Notes: generated from the sequence alone by a model not told the origin. 64,000 nt of DNA from Gemmatimonadota bacterium (GCA_965116475.1 OZ220691.1:1088001-1152000); one strand, 5' to 3'; counted from the first letter of the stretch, positions 18,791-28,180 are shown. Program-made: numbers and translations.

Positions 18791-20689
18791 TTAGACGAGA
18801 TCAAATTCAACCAGCGTTTGCTCCGGGTAGAATGTTGCGACCAGATAGTCGCCTTCCCGAACCCCAGCATTCCTCAGCTGGCGATACGTTCCCCAGAAGC
18901 TATTGCCCCGTATCGTCACAGGCACGACTTCGCCCGTGGGAAGGCTACAGCGCCACTCTTCTCTCTGCGTCGAGAGGGCTGACGGAAAGGCGAAAACACC
19001 GCTAAGGTTGAAGCGGCTCACGCGGTACGTTACGATGAAGCGCCCCGGACCTTCCCAGCCGGAAGTGATGATGTTCGTGGACCGTGAGCCAAGCCATTCG
19101 TTTCGGCGTTCCGAGAGCAGCTGGTTCGGGACGCGGCGTCCCCGCAAGGCGTAGACGGCAGTCGCAACTCTGGTAAGAATGGGGCTTCGGGTCAACACCG
19201 AGGCCATCGGCTCGGAGAAGCCGCGCCTCTTCATCCCGTCGACCATATCTTGGAGGAGAATGACCCCTTGGTGCTCTTCTATCAGTTCTACCAAGGCGTG
19301 CTCGGACTCCGACAGGATCTCGGCCTGCAGTGGCTTGCCTCGGAGTCGCGCTCGACCCGCGGTAACTTCGAACCCGGAATGCTGTCTTAGGACGAACTCG
19401 ACCACGTCCCGTGGCGGCACCGGATCCAATCTGGGGTTGCGGAGAAGACCCGAGTGAAGTTGGACAATTGGCAAGGGAGCCGTAACGGCTAACACCTTCC
19501 GTGCTTGCCGGACCAGCGATGAATCCGGAGAGGGTTTGGGGACCAGATACCCGAGAACGCGATCAAGACTTGAGCCGCGCGGCGCAATAAGTGTGGCGGC
19601 GTGTCCCGCAGAGAAAGGCGAGAGTTCTTCGAGGGCTGATTCCTTCACTGCACCAACACGTCGAAGTTCAGCGCGTGCCTTACCCTTCAGCCTCTTTAGT
19701 GCCTCGCTGAGCTGTCCTGTCTCGACCCAAGCTGAGCGACCCTCCACACCAATCCATACGCGGGTTTCTGGATCCCAACTGATCTTCGGAATCAAGCCGA
19801 CCTTAGACAACACGCTCAGGGGACTGACAGAAAGGTCGTCTCGTAGGACTTCCCCAACCGACAACCGTTCGACCAAGACTGTGGCGGAAGCAATTCCCCC
19901 TGCGAGATCGATCTCTCGAACCACTCGAGAACCGATCGGTAACCGTAGACCCGATTCGGCCAACTTTTTCAGATGTCGGGTTACGATCTGTCGGACCCTT
20001 TCGCGCGTGATTCCAGTTCTCTCGCCAAGTTCCTCGAATGTAAACTGCTCAGCGGAACGGTAGCGAAGACGCGCAAGTACCAGATCTCGATTGCGGGCCC
20101 CTAAGTTCGCACATAGAGCCTGAACCTCTTCGTCCAAGGTCCTGGCTGATGCAATCGACAGGAGAAGCTCGGCGCTCAAGGCCGGAACGCATATGTCGTC
20201 CTGTTTGGTTTCCCAGCTCATTTCAACGAGCTTTTCCATCGGAATCGTACCCAGAACGTCCACTAACTCACGGAGCTTTGCAAGCCGGGTCGGGCTGAGA
20301 ACACCGGACAGGTCACAGTCAGACAGATCTCCGAGAGTATGGCAACCCTGTTGATAAAGCGCCTCCAGCGCACCTTTGTCGAGGGCGAGACTTGAGGTCG
20401 GAACACGGGCTAGGTACGAGGGCACGTCAGAGACGGTCGGCTTGTAGTCCGTGACGACCTCTTGGGTTGCCGTGATTGCCCCGAGACGCCGGAGAAAATC
20501 GACAATCTCAGTCACGGTTCCGGGGCCTATCTGATCAATCCGCAAGAGGTCTGCAGTCGATAGGCCATCCAGTGCCCCCACGGTCCTCAATCGATTGCGA
20601 AGCAGGAGGTTCCTTGTGCGACTCGAAAGATCCGTTCCGGCAATCGACATATGCTGAATGGCAACAGGTACCTGTACAACCTCGCGCAC
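18791..20689 (-). CDS. Protein with RNA polymerase alpha-CTD repeats and a sigma-70 region 4 HTH
   Basis: DLSSRTRNLLLRNRLRTVGAL...LLRIDQIGPGTVTEI (alpha-CTD), a second degenerate copy, and FTFEELGERTGITRERVRQI (sigma region 4). Confidence 0.8.
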   Translation of the reverse strand: MREVVQVPVAIQHMSIAGTDLSSRTRNLLLRNRLRTVGALDGLSTADLLRIDQIGPGTVTEIVDFLRRLGAITATQEVVTDYKPTVSDVPSYLARVPTSSLALDKGALEALYQQGCHTLGDLSDCDLSGVLSPTRLAKLRELVDVLGTIPMEKLVEMSWETKQDDICVPALSAELLLSIASARTLDEEVQALCANLGARNRDLVLARLRYRSAEQFTFEELGERTGITRERVRQIVTRHLKKLAESGLRLPIGSRVVREIDLAGGIASATVLVERLSVGEVLRDDLSVSPLSVLSKVGLIPKISWDPETRVWIGVEGRSAWVETGQLSEALKRLKGKARAELRRVGAVKESALEELSPFSAGHAATLIAPRGSSLDRVLGYLVPKPSPDSSLVRQARKVLAVTAPLPIVQLHSGLLRNPRLDPVPPRDVVEFVLRQHSGFEVTAGRARLRGKPLQAEILSESEHALVELIEEHQGVILLQDMVDGMKRRGFSEPMASVLTRSPILTRVATAVYALRGRRVPNQLLSERRNEWLGSRSTNIITSGWEGPGRFIVTYRVSRFNLSGVFAFPSALSTQREEWRCSLPTGEVVPVTIRGNSFWGTYRQLRNAGVREGDYLVATFYPEQTLVEFDLV

Positions 20690-20851
20690 GATCTAGCTCC
20701 CTTCCTGGCGTCCCCGAAACTCGACACGGCGATTAGTCATGGCGAAGCACCTCGGGACAACGCTGGAGAGATCCCACTTGACCGTAGCGCCCTAAAACCG
20801 CGTAGTTGATCCAAAACAGTTACCGCTCGGGATTCGTTGAGCACGGGGCGG

Positions 20852-23200
20852 TTACGGCACCAGGGGCTGCAGCTTGCCGAACTCGTACTGCGGGGGCGGT
20901 TCGGCGCCGAGGAGGTGGCGGACGAAGTAGTCCCAGCGGCGGCGCATCATGTAGGGCTCGTTGCCGAAACCGTGGCCGCGGTTCGGGAAGAGGAGGAGGT
21001 CGAAGTCCTTGTTCGCGGCGATGAGGGCGTCAACGACCAGCATCGTGTTCGAGTGCGGGACGTTCGTGTCCATCGTGCCGTGGGCGATGAGGAGCTTGCC
21101 CACCAGGTTCTCCGCCACGAGCTGGTTTGCCTGGTTGTCGTAGTTCGTGGCGCCGTCGGCGTACTCCTCCAGCAGCCCCTGGTACTTCTCGCCCCAGTCG
21201 TCCTCGTAGTTGCGGTTGTCGTGGTTTCCGGCCTGCGAGACGGCAACCTTGTAGAAATCCGGGTAGCGCAGGATCCCCGAAGTGGAGGCGAAGCCGCCGC
21301 CGGAGTGGCCGTAGATCCCGACCCGGTCGATATCGATCCAGGGGTGGCGCTCGGCGAGTTGGCGGATGCCGGCGATCTGATCCGGGAGCCCGTTGTCTCC
21401 CATGTTTCCGTAGTAGGCGTCCTGGAACGTCTTCGAGCGCCTCGGCGTCCCCATCGCGTCGAGTTCGATGACGACGAACCCGAGTTCGGCCAGCGACTGC
21501 AGATCCCGGTGCGCCGCGCGGAAGTTCCGGCTCCCCACGCTCCCGCTCTGCGGCCCCGGGTAGAGGTAGTTGATCACGGGATACGTGGCGGCCGGGTCGA
21601 AGTTCGAGGGACGGAACATGAGCCCGTGCAGATCCGTCTCGCCGTCGCGCGCCTTCACCGTGAACGGGATCGGCGGCTGCCAGCCGGTCCGCTCCAGGCG
21701 TGAGATGTCGGCCCGTTCGACGGTCTGCAGCAGGTCGCCGTCCATGTCCCGGACGACGGTGACCGGCGGGATCGTGGGCGTGGAGTACTGGTCGACGAAC
21801 GTCTCGCCATCCGGCGCGAGCCAGACGACGTGGTTCGCGCTGTCGGGCGTGAGGAGTTGGACGTCGCCCCCGTCGAGGCCGGCGCGGTACAGGTACATGA
21901 AGTAGGGGTCGCCGGGCTCCCGCCCGTTCCCCATGAAGAGGATCTCCCGAGCCTCCGCGTCGACCGCCACCACGTCCTCCACCTGCCACGCGCCCGAGGT
22001 CACCTGCCGCTTCGGTTCTCCGGTGTCCGCGTCGTAGAGGTAGAGGTGCCCCCAGTCGTCGCGCTGGGAGTACCAGAGGATCTCGTCGGACTCGGAGAGG
22101 TAGCGCCAGTTGGCGTGGGACTCGAAGAAGGTCTCCACGACCTCCTCGAACAGGTCGCGGACCTCGCCCGTGCGCGCATCGGCCATGCGGACGAGCGCCC
22201 GCTTGTGGTCGCGCGAACTCGACACGAAGACGAAGCGGGAGCCGTCGGCGCTCCACTCGACGTCGGAGAACGTCCCGCCGCAGGCCACGTGGTCGCAGAC
22301 CGTGGAGCGGTGCTGGTCCGGGGGCATGTCCAGGCGGACGACGCGGCTCGCCGCCGGCGCCTCCGTGTCGATCACCACGCGGTGGATGCGGAAGATGACC
22401 GAGTCCTCCGGGAGCGGGTAGCGCCACGCCTCGAGTTCGGGGTGCCCGACCTCGGTCGTGACCATGTACATCATCCCCACGCCGCGGGCGTCGTGCTGGA
22501 AGGTGGCGATGCGCCGCGAGTCGGGAGACCACTTGAGCACGGGACGGTCGCTCTTCACCCAGCCCGCGTTGTTCGTCGCGTAGCCGAAGTCCGCGACGCC
22601 GTCCTCGGTGAGTTGGGTCTCCTCCCCCGTGGCCAGATCCCGGAGCCACAGGTTGTGGTCGCGGATGAAGGCCGCCCTGGTCCCGTCCGGTGACACGATG
22701 TCGAAGCGGCGGGCCGTCGTGCCCTCGGGCGCCGGGACCGCCTCGCAGCGGTCGGCGTCGAGCCCGCAGGCGTACGTCTCTCCCTCGACGTCGACTTCGA
22801 AGCGGATCCTCCCGCCCTCGAGCGCGAGATCCCCGAACGGGAGCGCGAAGGCAGTGTGCTCCTCGCCGGTTGCCGCGGTGAGCGCGGCGGCGATGCGGGC
22901 GTGGTCGAAGGCGCGCTCCCGCGTCCCCGCGGCCGGATCGATGAGGACGTACTCGTTGCCCCCCTCGAACCGGGTCCGATACCAGAACCGCCCGTCCTCC
23001 AGCCAGACCGGGATGACGGAAGCCCCGAGCACGAGCGGATTCACCTGGCTCGCGAGCCTCCCCTCCGCCCGCGCGTAGTCCGCCACCGTCAGCGCGTCGG
23101 GCGCCTCCTGGGCGAACGCACCCGGCGTCGGTGAGAGGTTGGCGGCGATCAGCAGCGTTGCGCTGGCTATCCGGCTCATGCTTGCGATCCTGTTGGACAT
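20852..23200 (-). CDS. S9 family dipeptidyl-peptidase IV-like peptidase
   Basis: Signal peptide, DPPIV_N propeller, GHSGGG nucleophile, DTNV and RGHG. Start placed at MSNRIAS. Confidence 0.92.
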   Translation of the reverse strand: MSNRIASMSRIASATLLIAANLSPTPGAFAQEAPDALTVADYARAEGRLASQVNPLVLGASVIPVWLEDGRFWYRTRFEGGNEYVLIDPAAGTRERAFDHARIAAALTAATGEEHTAFALPFGDLALEGGRIRFEVDVEGETYACGLDADRCEAVPAPEGTTARRFDIVSPDGTRAAFIRDHNLWLRDLATGEETQLTEDGVADFGYATNNAGWVKSDRPVLKWSPDSRRIATFQHDARGVGMMYMVTTEVGHPELEAWRYPLPEDSVIFRIHRVVIDTEAPAASRVVRLDMPPDQHRSTVCDHVACGGTFSDVEWSADGSRFVFVSSSRDHKRALVRMADARTGEVRDLFEEVVETFFESHANWRYLSESDEILWYSQRDDWGHLYLYDADTGEPKRQVTSGAWQVEDVVAVDAEAREILFMGNGREPGDPYFMYLYRAGLDGGDVQLLTPDSANHVVWLAPDGETFVDQYSTPTIPPVTVVRDMDGDLLQTVERADISRLERTGWQPPIPFTVKARDGETDLHGLMFRPSNFDPAATYPVINYLYPGPQSGSVGSRNFRAAHRDLQSLAELGFVVIELDAMGTPRRSKTFQDAYYGNMGDNGLPDQIAGIRQLAERHPWIDIDRVGIYGHSGGGFASTSGILRYPDFYKVAVSQAGNHDNRNYEDDWGEKYQGLLEEYADGATNYDNQANQLVAENLVGKLLIAHGTMDTNVPHSNTMLVVDALIAANKDFDLLLFPNRGHGFGNEPYMMRRRWDYFVRHLLGAEPPPQYEFGKLQPLVP

Positions 23201-23382
23201 CCTGGGTCCTCTGCGGCATGCGAAGTCGCAAGATGCCGACCGTCCCCCGCGCCGGCCACCGCGGTCTCGCGAGGTGTCCGGTGGCGCGCCGGGCGGGTAT
23301 TTTGGAGAGGATGACTTCCGGCCGGAACGGCGTCCGGCGGGCCGTGCGTTGAGCGGGGCGAAGGAAGGCGGAAGGAGGGCAC

Positions 23383-23742
23383 GTGTTGCAACCTCGGCTG
23401 GACGCTCGGAGAACGCGCTCCCTGCTCGACCTCGCGGCAACCAAGGTGCAGGTCGTACAGAGCCGGGCGAGCGCGAAGGACTACCTGGATGTGAACGCTC
23501 TGATTCACCTCGGGGGGATCGACCTTGGTCAGGCCCTGGGCGCGGCCACAGCGGTCCACGGCGATCGCTTCAATCCGATCCTGACGCTGAAGGCGCTGAC
23601 CTTCTTTGACGATGGCGATCTGTCGGAGGTCCCGATCATGGTCCGCGACCGACTCGCGGCAGCCGTCCGGGGCGTCAACCTGGAAGGCCTGCCGAATTTC
23701 CCCGCTCGCCAAGGTCTTCTGGCGTCCCGAGGGTCGTCATGA
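23383..23742 (+). pseudogene. Internally deleted AbiEii-like nucleotidyltransferase toxin
   Basis: MLQPRLD is joined almost directly to the C-terminal SLLDLAATK...RASAKDYLD...LKALTFFDDGDL. The GGTA..RxSxDxD catalytic segment is absent. Confidence 0.6.
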
Positions 23743-24032
23743 CGGATCCGCTGCGCGACCTTGAGCTTCTTCGCGTGGCCAAACGCATGGTGTGGTTCAA
23801 GCCGCCGGAGGACACGCTGCGCGACCCGGTGTTCTTCCTCAACCACGTCATGACCTGGGGCACGGTCGACGACATCCGGGTCGCCCGGTCTTGTTTCGAC
23901 GAGGACGATTTCAGGACCGCCCTGAGACAGGCTCACCCCGGGATACTCGATCCTCGCTCATGGACCTACTGGCACCTGGTGCTGGGGATCGGCCCAGCTC
24001 CGCCGCTGCCGGAGCGCCGCCTGCCCGAATAG
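23739..24032 (+). CDS. Small partner/antitoxin of the AbiEii-like gene (DUF6922-like)
   Basis: ATGA overlap with the upstream ORF. VWFKPPE...VMTWGT.DD...PGILDPRSWTYWH motif. Confidence 0.6.
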   Translation: MTDPLRDLELLRVAKRMVWFKPPEDTLRDPVFFLNHVMTWGTVDDIRVARSCFDEDDFRTALRQAHPGILDPRSWTYWHLVLGIGPAPPLPERRLPE

Positions 24033-24166
24033 GGGTGCTTCAGTACGACTCAGTGCGGAGGGCGTCGATGCGGAGGGCGACGCCTTCTTCGTAGCCGGGC
24101 TCTTCGAAGCCCGCGCGCTTGAACTGGATGAACCCCGCCCCGTCCAGGTGTTGCGGGAAGCGTCGG

Positions 24167-25156
24167 TCACGAGGGATCGAGGCTCGGGGTCACGATCAGG
24201 ATGAGCACGGGGTCTTCGGCGGAACGGCGAGCCGAGCCCAGCACCACCCTCTGGCCATCGCGAATCGTGACGGAGGCTTCGAGAAGGGGCCCGAGCACCT
24301 CCATCCGGAAGACCCCTCCCTCACGCTCCTGTAACCGCGAGGTGCCGGAAGTTTCTCCGGCGAGAGTCACCTTCGCACGGACATTCCTGGTGGCACGTCG
24401 TGCACTGATCTCTGCGTGGATCGTAAGCGGCGTTGCCGAATCACCGGCGACGATTCTCTGGGATCCGGTGCCGCCTACCCTGACGTTCGAGGTCCGCGCC
24501 AAGCCGACGTTCAGGATCGAAGTCGACAGGAGTCGGTACCCCTGGAAGTTGAACAGCCGCTTGAGTTCGCTCACGACATCGCTGATCTCCGGGTCGTCAT
24601 CCGTGAAACCGTCCGCCTCGACCAGGTGGAAGACGAGCTGCACGTTCCGCACGGTCTCCACGGCATCCTCGCGCTCCTGCGCGCTCGCGGTGCCCGGGAG
24701 GTCCTGCGCCGACAGCCGCTCCACCGTGAACGGGAACTTCACCTGCGGCGTCTCGCCCACCACCCCCGTCACGACGATGTCCTGGCGGCGAAGGGCCGTC
24801 TGCTCCACGGCGAAGTCCGCCGTCGCCACCCGGCCCGACGCCACCGTCACCGTCTGCGACAGCTCGTGGTAGCCGATCAGGCGCACCGTCACGGTCTGCT
24901 CGCCCGCCGGCACCCCCTCCAGCCGGTACGTGCCTTCCGGACCCGACAGCGTACCGATCACCGTTGTTCCCGCGACAAACACCTGCGCGCCGGCCACCGG
25001 GGCCAGCGACTCCGCATCGGTCACCATCCCCGACACCGCTCCCTGAGCGAGCAGCGGGGCCGCGCCGATAAAGAGCGGAGGGAGGCCGAAGGCCAGCGAC
25101 GCGATCAACGCGCCTCGGATATTCTGTCTCGCTCTCGCGTTCACCTTGCCGGTCAT
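24167..25156 (-). CDS. Secreted protein: carboxypeptidase-regulatory-like domain plus an unrelated C-terminal beta domain
   Basis: Signal peptide, VSGMVTDAESLAPVAGAQV...RLIGY, DIVVTG. C-terminal LEASVTIRDGQRVVLG...LILIVTP. Confidence 0.7.
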   Translation of the reverse strand: MTGKVNARARQNIRGALIASLAFGLPPLFIGAAPLLAQGAVSGMVTDAESLAPVAGAQVFVAGTTVIGTLSGPEGTYRLEGVPAGEQTVTVRLIGYHELSQTVTVASGRVATADFAVEQTALRRQDIVVTGVVGETPQVKFPFTVERLSAQDLPGTASAQEREDAVETVRNVQLVFHLVEADGFTDDDPEISDVVSELKRLFNFQGYRLLSTSILNVGLARTSNVRVGGTGSQRIVAGDSATPLTIHAEISARRATRNVRAKVTLAGETSGTSRLQEREGGVFRMEVLGPLLEASVTIRDGQRVVLGSARRSAEDPVLILIVTPSLDPS

Positions 25157-25557
25157 CAGTCACTCTCCTCCGGGTTGAGCAGCCATACGACGGCGATATC
25201 GGGGTCGTTCGTGGGGAAGACGACGAACGGCCGGTCGGCCTCCACGTCCATGTCGCTCACCATGCTCCGCGTGGGCGACGTGAGGGGGACGCCGCTCTCT
25301 TCGATGGCGCCGTCGGGCAACAGGAGCAGGGCCGCCACGACGGCGGCCGCCGCGAGCGGCGCCACCGTCCACCTGCGCCACGCGGGTCGCCGACCCACCC
25401 GCGCGGCGTGCGCTACGGCCGCGGCGTGCTCTGGCGGCGCGACGGGCAGGCCGTCGCTCACCTGGTTGGCCATCGCCGACAGGACGGCGTGCATGTTCCG
25501 CTCGTCGCGGGCGATGCGCTCCGCGTCCCGACGCCCCGGGGCGTCCCGTTCCGTCAT
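25156..25557 (-). CDS. Putative single-pass anti-sigma factor
   Basis: One TM helix (PLAAAAVVAALLLL), translationally coupled to the ECF sigma gene. Confidence 0.55.
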   Translation of the reverse strand: MTERDAPGRRDAERIARDERNMHAVLSAMANQVSDGLPVAPPEHAAAVAHAARVGRRPAWRRWTVAPLAAAAVVAALLLLPDGAIEESGVPLTSPTRSMVSDMDVEADRPFVVFPTNDPDIAVVWLLNPEESD

Positions 25558-26138
25558 CGTTTCCCCTCGGTTCCCCTCTCCACGGGTCGCGCCAGCATCT
25601 CCTTCCGCATCCGGCGCCGCGCGCGCATCAGGTGGACCCGCAGCGTGTTCGGGTTCATCTGCAGCAGCCGCGCCGCCTCCGCGGGCCTCAGTCCCTGCAG
25701 GTCCACCAGGTCGAAGACCTCCCGCTGCATCATGGGCAGTTCCGTCACGAGCGTTCGAATCAGGCGCAGCGTCCGTCTCATCTCGATCTCATCCAGCGGG
25801 TCCTCCAACTCGGGCGCCCACGACTCGGCGAGCCACTCCGCCTTCTCGGCCAACCGCTGCGCCTGCCGCCTCTCCCGCTGGCGATCCAGGCTGGCGTTCC
25901 GCGTGATCCGGTAGACCCAGCTCGTCACCCTGGAGCGCCCATCGAAGCTCGCGAGCGAGCTCAGCGTCTTCATCAGGACGACCTGTGCGACATCCTCCGC
26001 GTCATCCGGATCGCCGGTCATGACCAGGGCCCACCGGCATACCAGGGGACGGAGGGCGCCCGCCAGTCTCTCGCGCGCCCCTCGTTCTCCCTGCCTGGCC
26101 CCTTCGACCAGTTCCAGGATCTCTCGGTCGGAGAGCAT
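25554..26138 (-). CDS. ECF RNA polymerase sigma factor
   Basis: DAEDVAQ, FDGRSRVTSWVYRITRNASLD, and region 4 LPMMQREVF...NTLRVHLMRARRRM. Confidence 0.92.
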   Translation of the reverse strand: MLSDREILELVEGARQGERGARERLAGALRPLVCRWALVMTGDPDDAEDVAQVVLMKTLSSLASFDGRSRVTSWVYRITRNASLDRQRERRQAQRLAEKAEWLAESWAPELEDPLDEIEMRRTLRLIRTLVTELPMMQREVFDLVDLQGLRPAEAARLLQMNPNTLRVHLMRARRRMRKEMLARPVERGTEGKR

Positions 26139-26239
26139 GGCGCTCCCGGTCCCTTCCCCCTCGCGTGGTTTCGAGAGTGAGACGGAAAATGAAGGTAGAG
26201 CGTTTACCCGGCGCGCTGTTGCGGTCGTCTACGTCGTCA

Positions 26240-27430
26240 TTACTCGCCGAATTCGACCAGGTCGTAGAGGGCGACGGTCGGGACGCCGAATTCGTCGCGC
26301 TGGCGCAGGAGCACCCAGTCGCGGCCCGCGTCGAGGACGACTCCGCTCGGCAACACAAGTCGCCGCAGCCATGCGCCGCTCGCGTCCAGGAGGTGCAGTT
26401 CCTCCCCTGGCGCCAGCCACCCGTGGGTTTTGACCCAGAAGGCGCCGTCCGGGAGCGCGATCAGGGCTTCGTACGCGGGGAAGCGCTCCGGAAGTTGATC
26501 GCGGCGGTCCGGCCAGGATTCCCGGTCGAAGCGCCGACGGCGCTCCGGGTCGTTGTATCGCGCCAGGAGAGCTTCCCGATACGCGTCGACGCGATCGTCC
26601 GTCACCGCGAGCCCGGGGCCGGCCCAGCGGGCGACCCGCGTGACCCGGCCCGTCCAGTCCACGTGCTCGAGTTCGTAGTCATCCGCCGTCCCGTACCACA
26701 CGCCCGTGCCCACGGGCGCAAATACTGCGTCCTTCCCCCAATCGCGCGGACCGCTCGACCCAGGCTGGATGAAGAACCGTTCAGCGCCCGGAATCCCCGA
26801 GCGCAGGGTCGCGACGCTGTCCCCCTCGGCGGCCACGAGGGCCGTGCGCCACCGGTAGACGTCCCCCTCGGCCAGGCCCTCCTCGTAGCTCTCGCCCATG
26901 TCGTCGGGCCAGGGCGTGTACACGAGCCGGCCGTCGGGTGCGCAGGTGAGATCGCCGTAGGGACGAACGCCCGCCGCAACCAGCGAACGGGAGTCGAGCA
27001 CGTTGCCATCGACATCCAGCTCGGTGATGCGGTCGAGGCTCCAGTCGAAGGCGGTGAGCGGCGCGCCGGGGCAGTTCCTGAGCAGCCGCAGCCCCGTGTA
27101 CTCGCCCGGCCCCTCCCCCGAACGTCCGCTCGTCCACACGTGGCGTCCGTTCGGGTCGTAGCGGCGCAGGTTGGCGCTCTGCTCATCCGCGACGACGATG
27201 CTCCCGTCTTCGAGACGAACCCCGCCCGTCACATTGCCGAAGATGTACTCCAGCGAACCGTCCACGATGCCGATTCGCAGCAGCGGCTCGTCCGCCAGCG
27301 TCAGGTCGGGGTCGCGCGGCGCCGCGCTCTCGACCACTTCCTGGGCGTCGAGGGCCCGCCGCGGCACGAGGATCGAAACCGTGAAGAGTAGTACGGCGCC
27401 GGCTGGCGGCCCGAGTCTCGGTCGGTGCAT
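26240..27430 (-). CDS. Secreted 6-bladed beta-propeller protein
   Basis: Signal peptide, LRIG..DG, DGSIVVAD, GRSGEGPGEY and a C-terminal RDEFGVPTVALY. Confidence 0.75.
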   Translation of the reverse strand: MHRPRLGPPAGAVLLFTVSILVPRRALDAQEVVESAAPRDPDLTLADEPLLRIGIVDGSLEYIFGNVTGGVRLEDGSIVVADEQSANLRRYDPNGRHVWTSGRSGEGPGEYTGLRLLRNCPGAPLTAFDWSLDRITELDVDGNVLDSRSLVAAGVRPYGDLTCAPDGRLVYTPWPDDMGESYEEGLAEGDVYRWRTALVAAEGDSVATLRSGIPGAERFFIQPGSSGPRDWGKDAVFAPVGTGVWYGTADDYELEHVDWTGRVTRVARWAGPGLAVTDDRVDAYREALLARYNDPERRRRFDRESWPDRRDQLPERFPAYEALIALPDGAFWVKTHGWLAPGEELHLLDASGAWLRRLVLPSGVVLDAGRDWVLLRQRDEFGVPTVALYDLVEFGE

Positions 27431-27518
27431 TTGCGGCCCCCGGGGAGGTGTGGACAGGGAACGTCGATCTCGGACCGGAGACACAGGTTCGACGCAGGAA
27501 AGTTGTGTCGCGTTTATC

Positions 27519-27920
27519 TCACGCGCGACGGAGCTCGACTCGCGAGCGGAACCAGTCGGCGATCGCTTCCTCGTCGAGTTCGCCCGCGGCGAGGGCCCAC
27601 ATCTTCCCCGCGACCTCCTCCTCCGGCGCGACGAGATCCAGGCCATTGAGGCCGAGAAAGATGACCGCGGCGACGAACGAGATCCGCTTGTTTCCGTCCC
27701 GAAACGGGTGGCCGGAGCAGATGCCGAAGGCGTAGCAGGCAGCGAGGCGGGGCAGATCCGAGTTCGCATCGTAGGTCCACCTTTGGCGTGCCCGGGCCAG
27801 GGCGGCCTCGAGGGCATCCTCGTCGCGAAGGCCGAGCAAACCGCCGTGTTCGCGAACCTGGTCGAGTTGGACGGCCTCGACAACGACCCGGGGAACCCAG
27901 CGCGGCTCCAGCCGGGTCAC
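27519..27920 (-). CDS. doc: Death-on-curing (Fic/Doc) toxin
   Basis: HGGLLGLRD and the HPFRDGNKR Fic motif. Confidence 0.92.
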   Translation of the reverse strand: MTRLEPRWVPRVVVEAVQLDQVREHGGLLGLRDEDALEAALARARQRWTYDANSDLPRLAACYAFGICSGHPFRDGNKRISFVAAVIFLGLNGLDLVAPEEEVAGKMWALAAGELDEEAIADWFRSRVELRRA

Positions 27921-28144
27921 TTCGCCAAGTCTCTCAATGCCCTCCGGTATCGCTTCTGGGCCTCGACCGCGATCGCGAGCCCGTCGTCCACATCCGGGTC
28001 GTAGGGGCTCAGCAGGATCCCGTTCGCCGTCTCGACCGCGAGCACTTCGTCACCCGCCTCGAGGTGGAGACGTTGCGCCATGTCTCTTGGCAGCGTAGCC
28101 CCGACGGACCCGCCCATGCGCCGCAGTTTCACGCTTCGAACCAT
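27917..28144 (-). CDS. AbrB/MazE-family antitoxin
   Basis: VKLRRMGGSVGATLP...GDEVLAVET..GILLSPYDP...YRRALRDLAK. GTGA overlap with doc. Confidence 0.88.
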   Translation of the reverse strand: MVRSVKLRRMGGSVGATLPRDMAQRLHLEAGDEVLAVETANGILLSPYDPDVDDGLAIAVEAQKRYRRALRDLAK

Positions 28145-28162
28145 GAACCCTCGTCCTTTCGT

Positions 28163-28180
28163 GTAGCACCTCAATGCTAC
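28163..28180. promoter_or_regulatory. Inverted repeat GTAGCA-N6-TGCTAC, probable antitoxin operator
   Basis: Perfect 6-bp inverted repeat about 20 nt upstream of the antitoxin start. Confidence 0.5.

Larger units (their letters stand above)
13914..20851. mobile_element. Putative horizontally acquired defence island (no integrase seen)
   Basis: Visibly more A/T-ending codons than the flanks, bounded by direct copies of the peptidase 3' end, with RM-type cargo. Confidence 0.65.

Noticed and set aside
20707-20716. TGGCGTCCCC, the reverse complement of a tRNA-like 3' end (GGGGACGCCA), near the island edge
   Set aside because: It is only 10 nt, with no T-arm or cloverleaf and no second copy noticed.
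23958-24170. 70-aa minus-strand ORF, and an alternative frame ending ...YEEGVALRIDALRTESY*
   Set aside because: The listed ORF is low complexity. The other frame may be a gene tail but has no start or recognisable family.
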